Notes under the pieces: model-generated
Databases searched by the model: none
What the model saw: only the letters and a program-made list of their open reading frames with translations
What the model was told of the DNA's origin: nothing
Shown: positions 40,075 through 52,833 of the stretch, one piece after another
Numbering within the stretch: the first letter of the stretch is position 1
Layout of the letters: each line of letters begins with the position of its first letter
Assembly (NCBI GenBank): GCA_951406725.2
Contig: OX597823.1
Location: forward strand, 58,218,001 to 58,282,000
Direction of reading: 5' to 3'
Length of the DNA stretch: 64,000 bases
Origin: Octopus vulgaris
Lineage: Eukaryota
Translations under genes and position numbers: made by a program

Positions 40075-40469
40075 CTTTTACTTGTTTCAGTCATTTGACT
40101 GTGGCCATGCTGGAGCACCGCCTTTAGTCGAGCAAATCAACCCCGGGACTTATTCTTTGTAAGCCCAGTACTTATTCTATCGGTCTCTTTTTGCCGAACC
40201 GCTAAGTGACGGGGACGTAAACACACCAGCATCGGTTGTCAAGCAATGCTAGCGGGACAAACACAGACACACAAACACATATATACATATATATATACAT
40301 ATATACGACAGGCTTCTTTCAGTTTCCGTCTACCAAATCCACTCACAAGGCATTGGTCGGCCCGGGGCTATAGCAGAAGACACTTGCCCAAGATGCCACG
40401 CAGTGGGACTGAACCCAGAACCATGTGGTTGGTTAGCAAGCTACTTACCACACAGCCACTCCTGCGCCT
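40075..40469 (-). mobile_element. SINE family A, full-length
   Basis: Nearly identical to 19415-19825. Confidence 0.9.
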
Positions 40470-40841
40470 ATTATAGACCTTTTCTTTTTAACCTCCGTAC
40501 AACATGCCTTTACTGATAATTGATTTCATAAATACACGTTGACTTAGGCTAGTTGGGAAACAGGGTCGGGTTACTATAGCCCTTAGCCGATGAGATTTAG
40601 ATATGATAGCAGTTGTTGAAACTAGAATTTCCAGAAGCATTTCTTGAAGATTATGAAATGTATGCATCTTTTAGTCGTATTGAGCAGATTGGCAGTATTG
40701 TTTTGGAAAGGTCTGACTCACAATGTATGGACGATCTTTCTGGACATATTTGGTAAGTCGGTGATCTGCGTGTGAACAGCAGCGAAGACTGTGCCTTGAA
40801 AGCAGCGACCTTTTATGTTCGAACTGAGTCATACTTTAAGT

Positions 40842-41438
40842 CAAGGGTTCTCAACTATTTTTTATCTATGGACTATATATATTTCTTTACTACCCACAAG
40901 GGGATAAACACAGAGGGGACTGACAAAGGGATTAAGTCGACTACATCGACCCCAGTGCGTAACTGGTACTTAATTTATCGACCCCGAAAGGATGAAAGGC
41001 AAAGTCGACCTCGGCGGAATTTGAACTCGGAACGTAACGACAGACGAAATACGGCTACCAATTTCGCCCGGCGTGCTAACGTTTCTACCAGCTCGCCGCC
41101 TTTTAATATATAGTCTATGGACTATATATTTTTGGACTATTGATTACTGTTTTGATTTTATTCTGGTGGACCCCGAGAGCCATCCTATGTTTAAAAAGTA
41201 GCATTGTAGAATTTTCTTTCAAAATTCCTATTTTGTTTTCCACACATTAACTTCAGTATGTTGAACTATGTAAAACGTTAGAGGAAAATAACCTAGCTGT
41301 TTCATGCAATACATACCAATTCATACATCGAAAGGAAAAGGTTTTCATGGGTCCTTAAAATACTAATGTGGATCGCCAATTTATTATTTCGTTGTGAAAA
41401 CTCTCAGGGACCATATAGATCACGGTCGAAAACCACTG
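40842..41438. mobile_element. hAT-type MITE with a perfect 8-bp TSD
   Basis: TSD CTTTAAGT at 40834-40841 and 41439-41446. Imperfect TIRs CAAGGGTTCTCAAC / GTCGAAAACCACTG. Confidence 0.85.
40881..41102 (-). mobile_element. SINE family B nested in the MITE
   Basis: Full family B sequence flanked by a 16-bp direct repeat TCTATGGACTATATAT (40865 and about 41114). Confidence 0.9.
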
Positions 41439-42399
41439 CTTTAAGTAGTCCAGTGCTATATTCATCTCCCTTGCGTACCCTCTTTTTTTCTTTCTTTCTT
41501 TCTTTACCGTTATTCCTTCTCTCTCTCTCTCTTTCTCCCTCTGTGTGCCTCTCAACACATTAACAAAGGTCAAAACCTGCAATTCACATATTGTTTCTAC
41601 TTATTTACCCCATATAATATTCAATCATATTAAAAGGAAATGGAATTTAATTAAAATTAAGAACATTCAATCAAAATTTACATTTCCAGTGGTCTAACGC
41701 GTAAAAAAATTTTAGTCAAAAAGACTATATATTAGTCATACGATATAGTGTATATTTAAACACATAGAGAATACACTTATAGGGATTCTACACATTAGAA
41801 AGAACAGCTAAGTTCTATGGCCACAAAAAAATTGGGATAAAAATTCGACAGGAATAAATTTGGAAATGAAAAACATTCAGATAGATAGTATCCTTTTGAC
41901 ACATAACATTTTCATTCTCCGTATTTTGGGGTTTGATATCACAATATACTCCCATTATTTCAGTATTTCATACACCCTTATATATCAAGACGATACCCAC
42001 CTATATATATACGCTATAAAGCCTTAAAGTAAATATCTCCCCGATCACTATCTCAACCTCCACCTTTTCAATTCTCTTTCAACAACAAACACATTTACTT
42101 CATCGCTTCACATCTCTCTCTCTCTCCCACTCTCTCTCTCCCTCTCTCTCCCCCGCTCCCCGCCTCTCTCTCCACTCTCTCTGCCTCTCTCGCCTCTCTC
42201 TCCTTCACTCTCTCCTTCACTCTCTTCATCGCTCCCTGCTTCTCTCCTCTCACATCTCGCTCTCCTCTCTCATCACTTTCTCCTTCTCTCCTTTTGCTCT
42301 CTATCCCTCTCTCTCCTCTCTCCCTCCTTTCTCTCTCCCCTCTCCCCTCTCTCCCTCTCTCTTTTACTTGTACCCCACCGCATACGATGACTAGCATAT

Positions 42400-42560
42400 A
42401 TATATATATATATACGACGGGCTTCTTTCAGTTTCCGACTACCATATCTTCTCAGGAGGCCTTGGTCGGCCCGAGGCTATAGTAGAAGACATTTGCCCAA
42501 GGTGCTACACAACTATGTGGTTGGGAAGTAAGCTTCTTACTACACAGTCACGCCTGCGCC
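42400..42560 (-). mobile_element. SINE family A 5' half
   Basis: ACGACGGGCTTCTTTCAGTTTCCG...CACAGTCACGCCTGCGCC. Confidence 0.8.
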
Positions 42561-42774
42561 ATTTACATCATTACTTTCTGTATGTTTTCACTAACTACTC
42601 CAAATATTTGTTTCGACCGACAAACCCCTAAAATCTCAGAAACGTCGATGTCCAACCCCTCCTCAACCAATAGCACCACTCCCATACCAGACAGTCAGGT
42701 AAGTTGCGGATGGAAAAGTCACACTAGTCTACATGGAATCGAACCATCATCGTCCGTGGAACCTAAGGGCCGCT

Positions 42775-42918
42775 TTACTTTCTTCCGGAGTTTTATTTCG
42801 ACGAGTAGTTTTTTTCCCTTCTTTCTCAAAGGGACATTTCGGCTTCTTTCGTTATACTAGCGCCTGCCATACGAACACCAATAATTTGACCTCTTTGAAA
42901 GTTCGATTAATCTGTCAT
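42775..42918 (-). pseudogene. Tc1-like transposase N-terminal (HTH) remnant
   Basis: Manual translation gives MTD*SNFQRGQIIGVRMAGASITKEAEM, then FEKEGK and NSGRK. Confidence 0.7.
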
Positions 42919-43079
42919 TTTAATTCATTTTAATTACCTTTTTCTGATGATATCTGAAAAGAAACAGCAATTTTAACAAAACATATCAAGCAACACTAAG
43001 AATAAATAAAAATAAATAAAATAAACAAGCTTTTGACGGTTTTATTGATATTTCAAAATTATGATGCTGTGATGCTGAG

Positions 43080-43240
43080 CGTTTCCATTATTTTATCCGT
43101 CTACCAAATCCTCTCACAAGGCTTTAGCAGGCCTGAGGCTATAGTAGAAGACACTTGCCCAAAGTTCCAAGCAGTGGGACTGAATCCGGATCTATGTGGT
43201 TGGAGAGCAAACTTCTTACCACACAGCCACTCCTGCGCCT
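43080..43240 (-). mobile_element. SINE family A 5' half
   Basis: CCGTCTACCAAATCC...CACACAGCCACTCCTGCGCCT. Confidence 0.8.
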
Positions 43241-43312
43241 GTGTATTATATATATATGTATGCATGTATGTATGTATGTATGTATGTATGTATGTATGTA
43301 TGTATGTATGTA

Positions 43313-43349
<37 letters not shown>

Positions 43350-43661
43350 ATGTATATGTATATACTATACATACACACATACACACAACACGCACGCTCT
43401 ACCGTATGTGGTTCCCCCACCCTGTCCGAGTAGGTGGGTCTAAAAATGAACGAAACTGGGGTCGCTTCCACAGTATTAACCCCACGTTACCCTCGTTCAC
43501 CAATCTGGAATTTGCTTCAAAGCACTTTTCTCTTGATATCTGTTGAGATGGACTTGACCTACGCACTCAGCTATAGTAAAACAATGTAGGTACTCTATCT
43601 AATGTATTTAGTTATATATATATCTTCCTTTTGTGCAAGCAATATATACGTATATGTATAT

Positions 43662-43766
<105 letters not shown>

Positions 43767-43869
43767 GGTACTGTTTATTTAACACAATAGAATAGGTGCT
43801 ACGTCTCTTTGATATATGACATCAGACTGAGAGTGATTTCTGGATTACTTTACCATTATCCTTTTCAGG

Positions 43870-44020
43870 TCTCCGTAACATAGCGCTTCGGCAAGAGAGA
43901 CCGATAGAATAAGTACTAGGCTTACAAAGAATAAGTCTTGGGGTCGATTTGCTCGACTTATAGCGGTGCTCCAGCATGGCCACAGTCAAATAACTGAAAC
44001 AAGTAAAAGAGTAAAAGAGT
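43870..44020 (+). mobile_element. SINE family A 3' part
   Basis: GAGACCGATAGAATAAGTACTAGG...GAAACAAGTAAAAGAGTAAAAGAG. Confidence 0.85.
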
Positions 44021-45401
44021 ACTATCCTTAGTAATGAAATATTTTAAAACTAGGTGACCAAACAGGAAAAGTTATTTCAAGCAATTGCGAAAAGAACAAA
44101 ACAAGATAGATCCGATCTAATAACACTGACTACCAGAACTGAAGCTTTGTGTAGAACCGAAAGCATAAATGCCAGTGGTGCATGTTATCTTTGCTCTAAT
44201 TTTGTCAACTATCACTATAATGAAATAAGCAGAACCCATAGATATAATGGCATTATTCCAAGACGTGTGAGATAATATTTTGAGAAAGTTGTAAAAGAAT
44301 TGCTGCTTGAGGTTATACATTAATTTTATTTCTACGTTTAGTGTTATTACAACTACTTGAAAAATCTTTCCTAAAATATCTATGAAGCTATTTAGAAAAG
44401 AAAATCCCAGACTTTTTAGTTTTCGAATTGCTGTCCACTGTTTAGAAATGTTGGCAACAATTCAGTGTGTATCAGTGTTTGCTTTTCATAGTTTCCGAAT
44501 TAAAATAATTTGTCTTTATTTATATTTCATTTAGAATCACACTTGATAAATATATTTCCACTATTTTGAAAAAGTAAAACAAAGCAACAAAACAAAACGA
44601 AACAAAACATAAAAACAAAAATAAAAGAAACCAAAACAGACTTTCTCCTGAATATTGATTATGAAAGGCAACATGATAATTATGATATGTCTGCAGTCTG
44701 CATGGCAAGCTAGAGAAGATAGTTTTATGGGCTTTAAGACTCCAGTAATTGGTGACACAGATTTCGGCTAGAAATACTAAAATAGATAAATAAAGATTTC
44801 TCATGAAGAAATATATCATTTTATGTGCCCCTTCTCTAGTGGACGAGGATAAAAATCAATGTATGATTTTCATGAGAGATTTATTTATCTTCCAAATTTC
44901 TTCCACCAGATGATATAAATAATCTCTCTTTTTTATTTTTCTTTATTCCTATGGTACTGGCTACCTATATTTGTGAAAGCGACTCGTGAAGCTAAGAAAG
45001 TAATTTACAAAGTATGTATATGTATATTTGGCTGGTTTGTCTGACCTCTTCAACACATCTTATGAATTAAACTTTATGTAGTAACTACCGATGCTACATA
45101 TAGCACGGAACAGTACATTCTTATGATTCTTATTCACACGCCGTAACAGGAAAAGTTGATGTGACGAATGTTTTCTTAAGCAGTCGATCAGCTCTGTAAC
45201 AAACAATTCCTAGGTTCATCTCAAAATTATATTGACCTTCTGCAATCATATTAGATTTTCATATGTATCAGTACTCTAGTTCTATTATAAATCAAGTTTT
45301 AGTTGTTATAATTTGTCACAGGGTAATATTTAACTTTCAGTTACCTAATCCACCTACGTATAAACAGGTATCACTAAGAACGGAGATGCAGTATTAACTA
45401 A

Positions 45402-45475
<74 letters not shown>

Positions 45476-45704
45476 ATTCCGAGGCATAGCTGTGTTTGCT
45501 TCCCGACCACATGGCTCCAAATACAGTACCACTGCGTGACACCATGGGAAAGAGTCCTTCTATTATAACCTCGAATTGATTTGATATACGGAAACTGAAA
45601 GAAACCTGTCGTATATATATATACATTCGCCATGATACTTCGCTAGCTACTACACATTCTTTATTTTCTCTTTTTATTTTCTCTCCTTGTTTCTTTCTGT
45701 GTTC

Positions 45705-45740
45705 CTTTCTGTGGAAGAGCGTAGGCTCGAAACGTTTAAG
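45705..45740 (+). ncRNA. Hammerhead-like motif with CUGUGGA core in a pLTR-like repeat (about 45630-45838)
   Basis: CTTT-CTGTGGA-A-GAGC/GCTC-GAAA-CG-TT-TAAG with palindromic AAACGTTT. Confidence 0.6.
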
Positions 45741-45834
45741 ACTTTTTCACTTCCCGAGCACGATACTAATACATCTGTTTGTTGTCTACACCACCACCTG
45801 TCTCCGTATTTTGTTTTTTTTAATGAATACTCCC

Positions 45835-45872
<38 letters not shown>

Positions 45873-45899
45873 CGCGTGTGTGTGTGGGATTTGTGAACA

Positions 45900-46092
45900 G
45901 AGTCAGCAATTTCGGTGGAGGGGTTAAGTCGATTACGTCAACGCCAGTGTTTCACTGGAACTTGTTTTATCTACCTGAAAGGGTGAAATGCAAAGTCGAC
46001 CTAAGCGGAATTTGAATCCAGAACTAGAAGGCGAATGAAACGCCGCTCAGTTTTTTACCCGGTGTGCTAACAATTCTGCTAGCTCACTGCCT
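45900..46092 (-). mobile_element. SINE family B, diverged
   Basis: GAAAGGGTGAAATGCAAAGTCGACC...TTCTGCTAGCTCACTGCC. Confidence 0.75.
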
Positions 46093-47170
46093 CCCATATA
46101 CGAATGTAATATCACCCTGTATAATTTAACAACGTTCTGTTAAATAACTCGAAATAGTAGCATTAAAATGTTGCAGAATAGACTGCAATTGGATGAGTGG
46201 ATAAGCATAATGTTCTTAGCCTACCGAGACATAGGACAAGTTCAAATCTATCATCTGGTCAAATCACATAGTTCTGTGATCCTTGACTGCAATATTGCAG
46301 TTGAGATTGGCTATCAAAGCATTCGGGAATGTTGTTTGATACAGAACTGTCATTTTGGATTTATCTGACAGACTTTCCAACCATATGGATTACACTGTGT
46401 ATCGAATTTAAATTTTTTCTTTCTATTTTCTATTTACTTCTATTTAAAAATCAAAAGGAAATTACAAATATTCTCTTCAAACTTTGCTTCAAATGTTTTG
46501 AAACTGACCTATTTCCATAACATTTTAAGCAGATTCAGCACTGAGTTGTGGAAGCAGAAATATCGTCATAGCAAATATTCGGCTCAGTACCACAGATTTC
46601 CTTTTCAGTTACTTGACCATAACAAATTTAGCATTCGCCTCAGTGACTGACGAAGTATGCATCCTGATCATGAGCTGGATTCTTTAGGGCTTGAATAAAT
46701 GTAACAAAAGCAAAGTTTGATTGATATATTAACCATTTTTCATACTCTATAAGAGTAAGCAAATACGAAATACCTTTTGCTACCCAAAGACAAAAACTGT
46801 TACAAAGTGTTATTCATGTAACATATTCCTTAACTTAACGAGGCTAGAATTACTTACTAACTAACAAAAGCTATAAAAAAAAAAGGGGGGCCAGTGTTCA
46901 CCCTTCGAAGCATTTAAGATAATTTACGATCGTCTCGCGATACTTTGGGTTAAGAAATATTATGTATCATAAAACTCTACTAAAAACAAAACTTGTCTTT
47001 GCTCTGCTCAATCTTCCGTTCGTAATATGTTTATTGCCAAACACTAAATTGACTTTTACAATTAATCAGTGTCAAGTATTTTTGTAAAACACAACACATT
47101 GCGTTACTGTTTTATATTCCTTTTCACCTGTGTATATATGTAAATGTGTGTGTATGTATGCGTGTACGTA

Positions 47171-47237
<67 letters not shown>

Positions 47238-47351
47238 CCGTATGTATGTGTATATATATATGTATATAATTGTATGTATGTATATATATCTGTATGTATA
47301 CATCTATGTATATATGTATCTATATCAATATATATATATATATATGTACAC

Positions 47352-47410
<59 letters not shown>

Positions 47411-48146
47411 TATACAGAGAGAGAGTGTGTGTGTGTGTATGAATGCACGTATATATGTATAGACACACTCAGACGTATATATCTACACGCTATATTTTAG
47501 TTATATGTTCTTTTAAGATATCTAAAGGAATTAGCGTTAATTATGAAAGAGCTGTCTCATGTATATTGCACAGGTGCCCAAGCCTGCCAGAATTCATTGC
47601 CATTAGACCACTAATGAGTGAGGGCAATTTTTATATAATTTTATTCCATACTATTTTATTTGGTTTTTGGATTGTTAGGTGTGTTTGTGTATGTATACAT
47701 ACATATATATATGTGTGTGTGTGTGAGTGTGTGTATGTGTGTGTGTGTTTTATTTTTCAGCTTTCTTAAAACTTATATCAACCTACAGTGAGCTGGACAT
47801 TTCATATTTAATGAATTGGTTTCCTAATCAGACGATTTTTCTTGCCTTTCTATTTATTTTCTCTTAGCTGATTTTATTTGTTTATTATTTTTATTTATTT
47901 ATTGAAGATGTAACAGAAAATATAAAAAAAGAAAAAAAATTAATAAATATTCGTGATATAATCCGGCAGGAATTACTATGAATAAATATTTCATTATCAT
48001 ACCTAGCAAACCCAACAATATATACATTGTATATTATAGAATGGTATAGCTAGCTACTTAAGTAAAAAGAAAAAATAGCACATACACGGTTGCAATACAT
48101 ACATATATACATATACACATTCATCTACATGCGTGTATAGATACAT

Positions 48147-48213
<67 letters not shown>

Positions 48214-48724
48214 ATAGATAGATATTAGTGAATAATATGAGATCATACTGGTATTATTTTGTATATTTAGTAAAAGGAAATTTAATGTTGTGTCGTTTTA
48301 TCTAACACTCATAAGTTATAAATAGTTAATGGTTTTTATAGGGACATAGCTCTATAGATATGTAGTTTTGTACGTGTGAGTGTGCGTGTGTTTGTATGTG
48401 TATGTATGTATATATAAGGTATATAGGTAGAGTAAATCCCAACTGTTTCCTTATACCATTATTAGAATCCAGTATTTAGTTACTGTCGTTGTTGTATTGA
48501 TATAAGGTACACATTTGAGTTTAAAATTCTGGAAATATTATTTTGCATAACAAAAGAAGAAATTGGAGAATTTCTTGGAATTATATATTCACCATTACAT
48601 ACGTTTCATTTGGTAATAGGAATTACAAAGTTTTACATGTTAGATAAACATGTAAGAAATTCCCGATTAGAAAATCCTTCAGACAAAGAATCAAATAATA
48701 CAAAATTTCTATCTATGTAGATCC

Positions 48725-48862
<138 letters not shown>

Positions 48863-48891
48863 GCATCTATCTATGTATCTCTCTCTCTCTA

Positions 48892-48926
<35 letters not shown>

Positions 48927-49082
48927 GAAATACGTGTAGTCATTTTACCAATTATACACTTTTTATTTATTATTTTGTACATTACTTTAATTGGTATATG
49001 TTTTTATCTCTTATTTAATGTTTTCCTATATGGTATAATTTAATTATTTCATTGTTGAATTGATAAAAGATGTTTTTTTCTA

Positions 49083-49125
<43 letters not shown>

Positions 49126-49234
49126 TGAATGTGGTAGTGGCCACTCAGATGACCAGTGGCGTGAATATTTTGACAACAAAGGCGAAGAATAGTATATTAA
49201 ATACCACACGAGTTGATTTTTTGCATTACTGAAA

Positions 49235-49515
49235 TTGCCTGGCTCATAAGGGCCGGTTTCCCGGTGTCCTTGGTGTATAGATTCCCCACCTGGACGGGAC
49301 GCCGGTCCGTCGTAGGTGAGCTGCAAGGTGCAGGAGGAAAGAGTGAGAGAAAGTTATGGCGAAAGAGTCAGCAGAAGTTCGCCATTACCTTTGCCGGAGC
49401 CGCGTGGAGCTTAGGTGTTTCGCTCATAAACACACACATCGCCCGGTTTGAGATTCGAACCCGCGATCCCTCGACCGCGAGTCCGCTGCTCTAACCACTA
49501 GGCCATATGCCTCTA
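49235..49515 (-). mobile_element. tRNA-derived SINE family D, well preserved
   Basis: The minus-strand head has A box TGGCCTAGTGG and B box GGTTCGAATC, followed by a non-tRNA body. Confidence 0.85.
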
Positions 49516-49645
49516 CGTATAACGAGATACATTAAAATATAAGTACCAGTTTCCAAGAATGTGTTTAATGTGTAAAATTAGCATATCCAATAACGTTACA
49601 CCGCTGTATTTAGTGGCTATCTAAGCAGTGAGTTCGTGGATGATT

Positions 49646-49878
49646 AAGGCGGCGAGCTGGCAGAAACGTTAGCGCGCCGGGCGAAATGCTTAGCGGTATT
49701 TCGTCCGCCGTTACGTTCTGAGTTCAAATTCCGCCGAGTCGACTTTGCCTTTCATCCTTTCGGGGTCGATTAAATAAGTACAGTCACGCACTGGGGTCGA
49801 TATGATCGACTTAATCCGTTTGTCTGTCCTTGTTCGTCCTCTCTGTGCTTGGCCCCTTGTGGGTAGTAAAGAAATAGG
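49646..49878 (+). mobile_element. SINE family B, full-length young copy
   Basis: AAGGCGGCGAGCTGGCAGAAACGTTAG...GTAGTAAAGAAATAGG. Confidence 0.9.
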
Positions 49879-50126
49879 ATGATTAATGGATTCGAACTTT
49901 TTTTTTTATTGACTGGAAATGATAAAAATCAAAGTGGGCCTTGGCCGGACTTGAACCTAAGACGCCGAGAGTTAGATCAAATGCTAATGAAGGAGCAAAA
50001 ATTCTTGAAATATGTCATATACGCCCGTTACCCATGTTCATCTTCGATCTCGTTTGTATTTGCATCAAGTGTCTTGAATACGAAACGTCGCAGTAAAATT
50101 AATGTTGGCCATAATTACTATAGAGA

Positions 50127-50245
50127 ATCTGTGGCCATATCACGTTGAAAGCACCGGTTCTCGTCCAATCACCTAAGTTAAGCAACGTCGAGCCTAGTTA
50201 AAACTTAGATGGCTGACCACTTGGGAAACCTAGGTGCTGTAAGCA
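50127..50245 (+). pseudogene. 5S rRNA copy, probably a pseudogene
   Basis: 119 nt reading ...GGCCATATCACGTTGAAAGCACCGGTTCTCGTCC...AAGTTAAGCAACGTCGAGCC...GGTGCTGTAAGCA. The 5' end is altered, there are substitutions in the internal control region, and no oligo-T terminator follows. Confidence 0.9.
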
Positions 50246-50254
50246 TCACACCTA

Positions 50255-50623
50255 TAGACGCAGGAGCGACTGTGTGGTAACTTGCTTACCAACCACATGG
50301 TTCAGGGTTCATTTCCACAGCGTGGCACCTTGGGCAAGTGTCTTCTACTATGTATATATATGTGTGTGTGTGTGTGTGTATGTGTGTGTGTGTCTGTGTG
50401 TGCGTTTTTGTATTTGTGTGTTTGTCTTTTTGTACCCCTCACATCGCTTGACAACCGATGGAGGTGTGTTTATGTCCCCGTAACCTAGCGGTTCGGCAGC
50501 AAGACCGATAGAATAAGTACTAGGCTTCCAAAGAATAAGTCCTGGGGACGATTTTCTCGACTAAAGGCGGTGCTCCAGCATAGCCGCAGTCAAATGGCTG
50601 AAACAAGTAAAAGAGTAAAAGAG
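50255..50623 (+). mobile_element. SINE family A with internal deletion, directly after the 5S copy
   Basis: Family A head, (TG)n tract and tail are present. Confidence 0.88.
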
Positions 50624-51623
50624 TTAGTGCTAACTTACAGATTTTTGTCCATATAGGATTTCATATTTATATATTGTGTAGTATCTACGCATATATCTCT
50701 AACAATACGGCACAGTTCTTGGAAATATTGTTGTAGATTTGTAGCTACTGATGCTTTTCCAAGAAAAAGATTACTACTGCTTTAAGACTGATACTACTTC
50801 GTGCCATTGTCCCCGTAGCTGGAAAGAGGCGTAACCGGTACTGCTAGGCCTCTTGTGAGAATCACAAACTGCTCTGCCAATCCATCACTCGGGATTCGAA
50901 CTTCTTTTGTTGACTTAGAAAGGATAAAAACCAAAGTGAGTCTTGGCCGGATTTGAACCCAATACGCCGAGAGTTAGAACAAATACCACGAGGCATGCTA
51001 TCCAATGCTCTAACGATTGCCAATTCAACGCCTTATATCTTTGTAAAAATACAATGTGTTATTGACGGCTAAAGAATATAACATCTTATATATTATATAA
51101 CTAATGAATATTAAAATGTATAAGTACGTCTTTTGTTTAATTTTCTAATTAAAGAAAACAAAATTATCACTTGTAATAAATGAAACCATCAAACTAAACA
51201 AAAACATTTATTGATAAGTAAATATTTGCACGTGAACTGATTAAAATTATCATATATTCAAGTATGATACTAATGGTATATGAAATCAGACAAACAGAAA
51301 TGAACTACGGCTTTTACTTGAAGATATTCTGATAGGTTAAAGCTTTGGACAATTCATTATAACAGAGACACGGCCAACTAGAAAATTGATCGAGTTTCTG
51401 ACCCTTCATAAATCGGCTTGCATCAGTTACTGGTTCAACACAATTAGCTTAGGTCATGTTGGGTATTAATACTCAGGGCCGATTTTAAGCTAATTATACA
51501 GGTTTGTTTAAATTTGGTCCGGCGCCAAGAGAAGGACCCGAGCACACGCTAGAGCGGAGGACGCTATAATAAATTTTGATATATCATTATGTCTAATGGT
51601 GGAGCTACAAGTCCTCAAAGCAT

Positions 51624-51737
<114 letters not shown>

Positions 51738-51775
51738 AAAAAGGAGATGTGGAACACGAGTTGTGATATATAAAA

Positions 51776-51998
51776 AAGGAAATGAAGAAAATGCTGACAA
51801 AATAATTTAAGTAATTTAAGTAATTTCATTAGGTGAAAGTTCTTTTTACCGGTTGCGCATTTGTTATGCTTATCAAAATTTTTTTCCTTTGAAAAAACTT
51901 TTGATAAGCATAACAAATGCGCAACCGGTAAAAAGAACTTTCACCTAATTAAATTACTTAAATTACTTAAATTATTTTGTCAGCATTTTCTTCATTTC

Positions 51999-52002
<4 letters not shown>
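51776..52002. repeat. Palindrome with about 103-bp arms, each carrying a hammerhead-like motif
   Basis: The arms are near-perfect reverse complements. 51901-51932 reads TTGATAA-GCAT/ATGC-GCAA-CCGG-TA-AA. Confidence 0.92.
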
Positions 52003-52053
<51 letters not shown>

Positions 52054-52121
52054 GAAATTTGATTTAGCATTTCTAAATTGAATTTTTCCCTGTAAGTTTG
52101 GAATAATATTCTCTAATATAA

Positions 52122-52157
<36 letters not shown>

Positions 52158-52159
<2 letters not shown>

Positions 52160-52534
52160 GTAAAATATGAAAAATCAATGAAAATGCATATTGCAAATAG
52201 AAAAAGGCGATTTATGACAGTTAGTGAAAAATATATACATTTAGATAGACTGAGGTAGTAATACGAGTCATAAAGGCCATTATTATGAGATGATTATAAG
52301 ATGATAATAAAGTAAGAGAACAAAACGAACCAATAGTTTACGCGAAGGCTATTCATCGTTGGTTTGTTTTGTTCTCTTACTTTATTATAATCTTATAATC
52401 ATCTCATAATAATGGCCTTTATGACTCGTATTACTACCTCAGTCAATCTAAATGTATATATTTGTCACTACCTGTCATATATAGCCTTTTTCTATTTGCA
52501 ATATGCATTTTCGTTGATTTTTCATATTTTACTC
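52158..52534. repeat. Palindrome with about 175-bp arms and a 25-bp spacer
   Basis: GTAAAATATGAAAAATCAA...AAAACGAACCAA / TTGGTTTGTTTT...TTGATTTTTCATATTTTAC. Confidence 0.95.
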
Positions 52535-52580
52535 TTACATTTCCACGTGTATTTTATATTTTCTTTTCGTAACATATTTC

Positions 52581-52638
<58 letters not shown>

Positions 52639-52711
52639 TATATGTATATATACATACATATACACACATACATACATATATATATATATATATAGATAGA
52701 TAGATAGATAG

Positions 52712-52767
<56 letters not shown>

Positions 52768-52785
52768 CATACATACATACATACA

Positions 52786-52821
<36 letters not shown>

Positions 52822-52833
52822 CACATACATACA

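Noticed and set aside
40590-40630. DLDMIAVVETR, a possible LINE endonuclease motif
   Set aside because: Too short and decayed to call.
42937-42953. Minus-strand micro-exon with AG/GT flanks
   Set aside because: It lies in the upstream part of the Tc1 remnant and has no other support.
49440-49515. Possible tRNA gene
   Set aside because: A and B boxes are present, but there is no proper acceptor stem or terminator and it continues into a SINE body.
50127-50245. Functional 5S rRNA gene
   Set aside because: It is solitary, has 5' stem and internal promoter substitutions, and lacks a T-run terminator.
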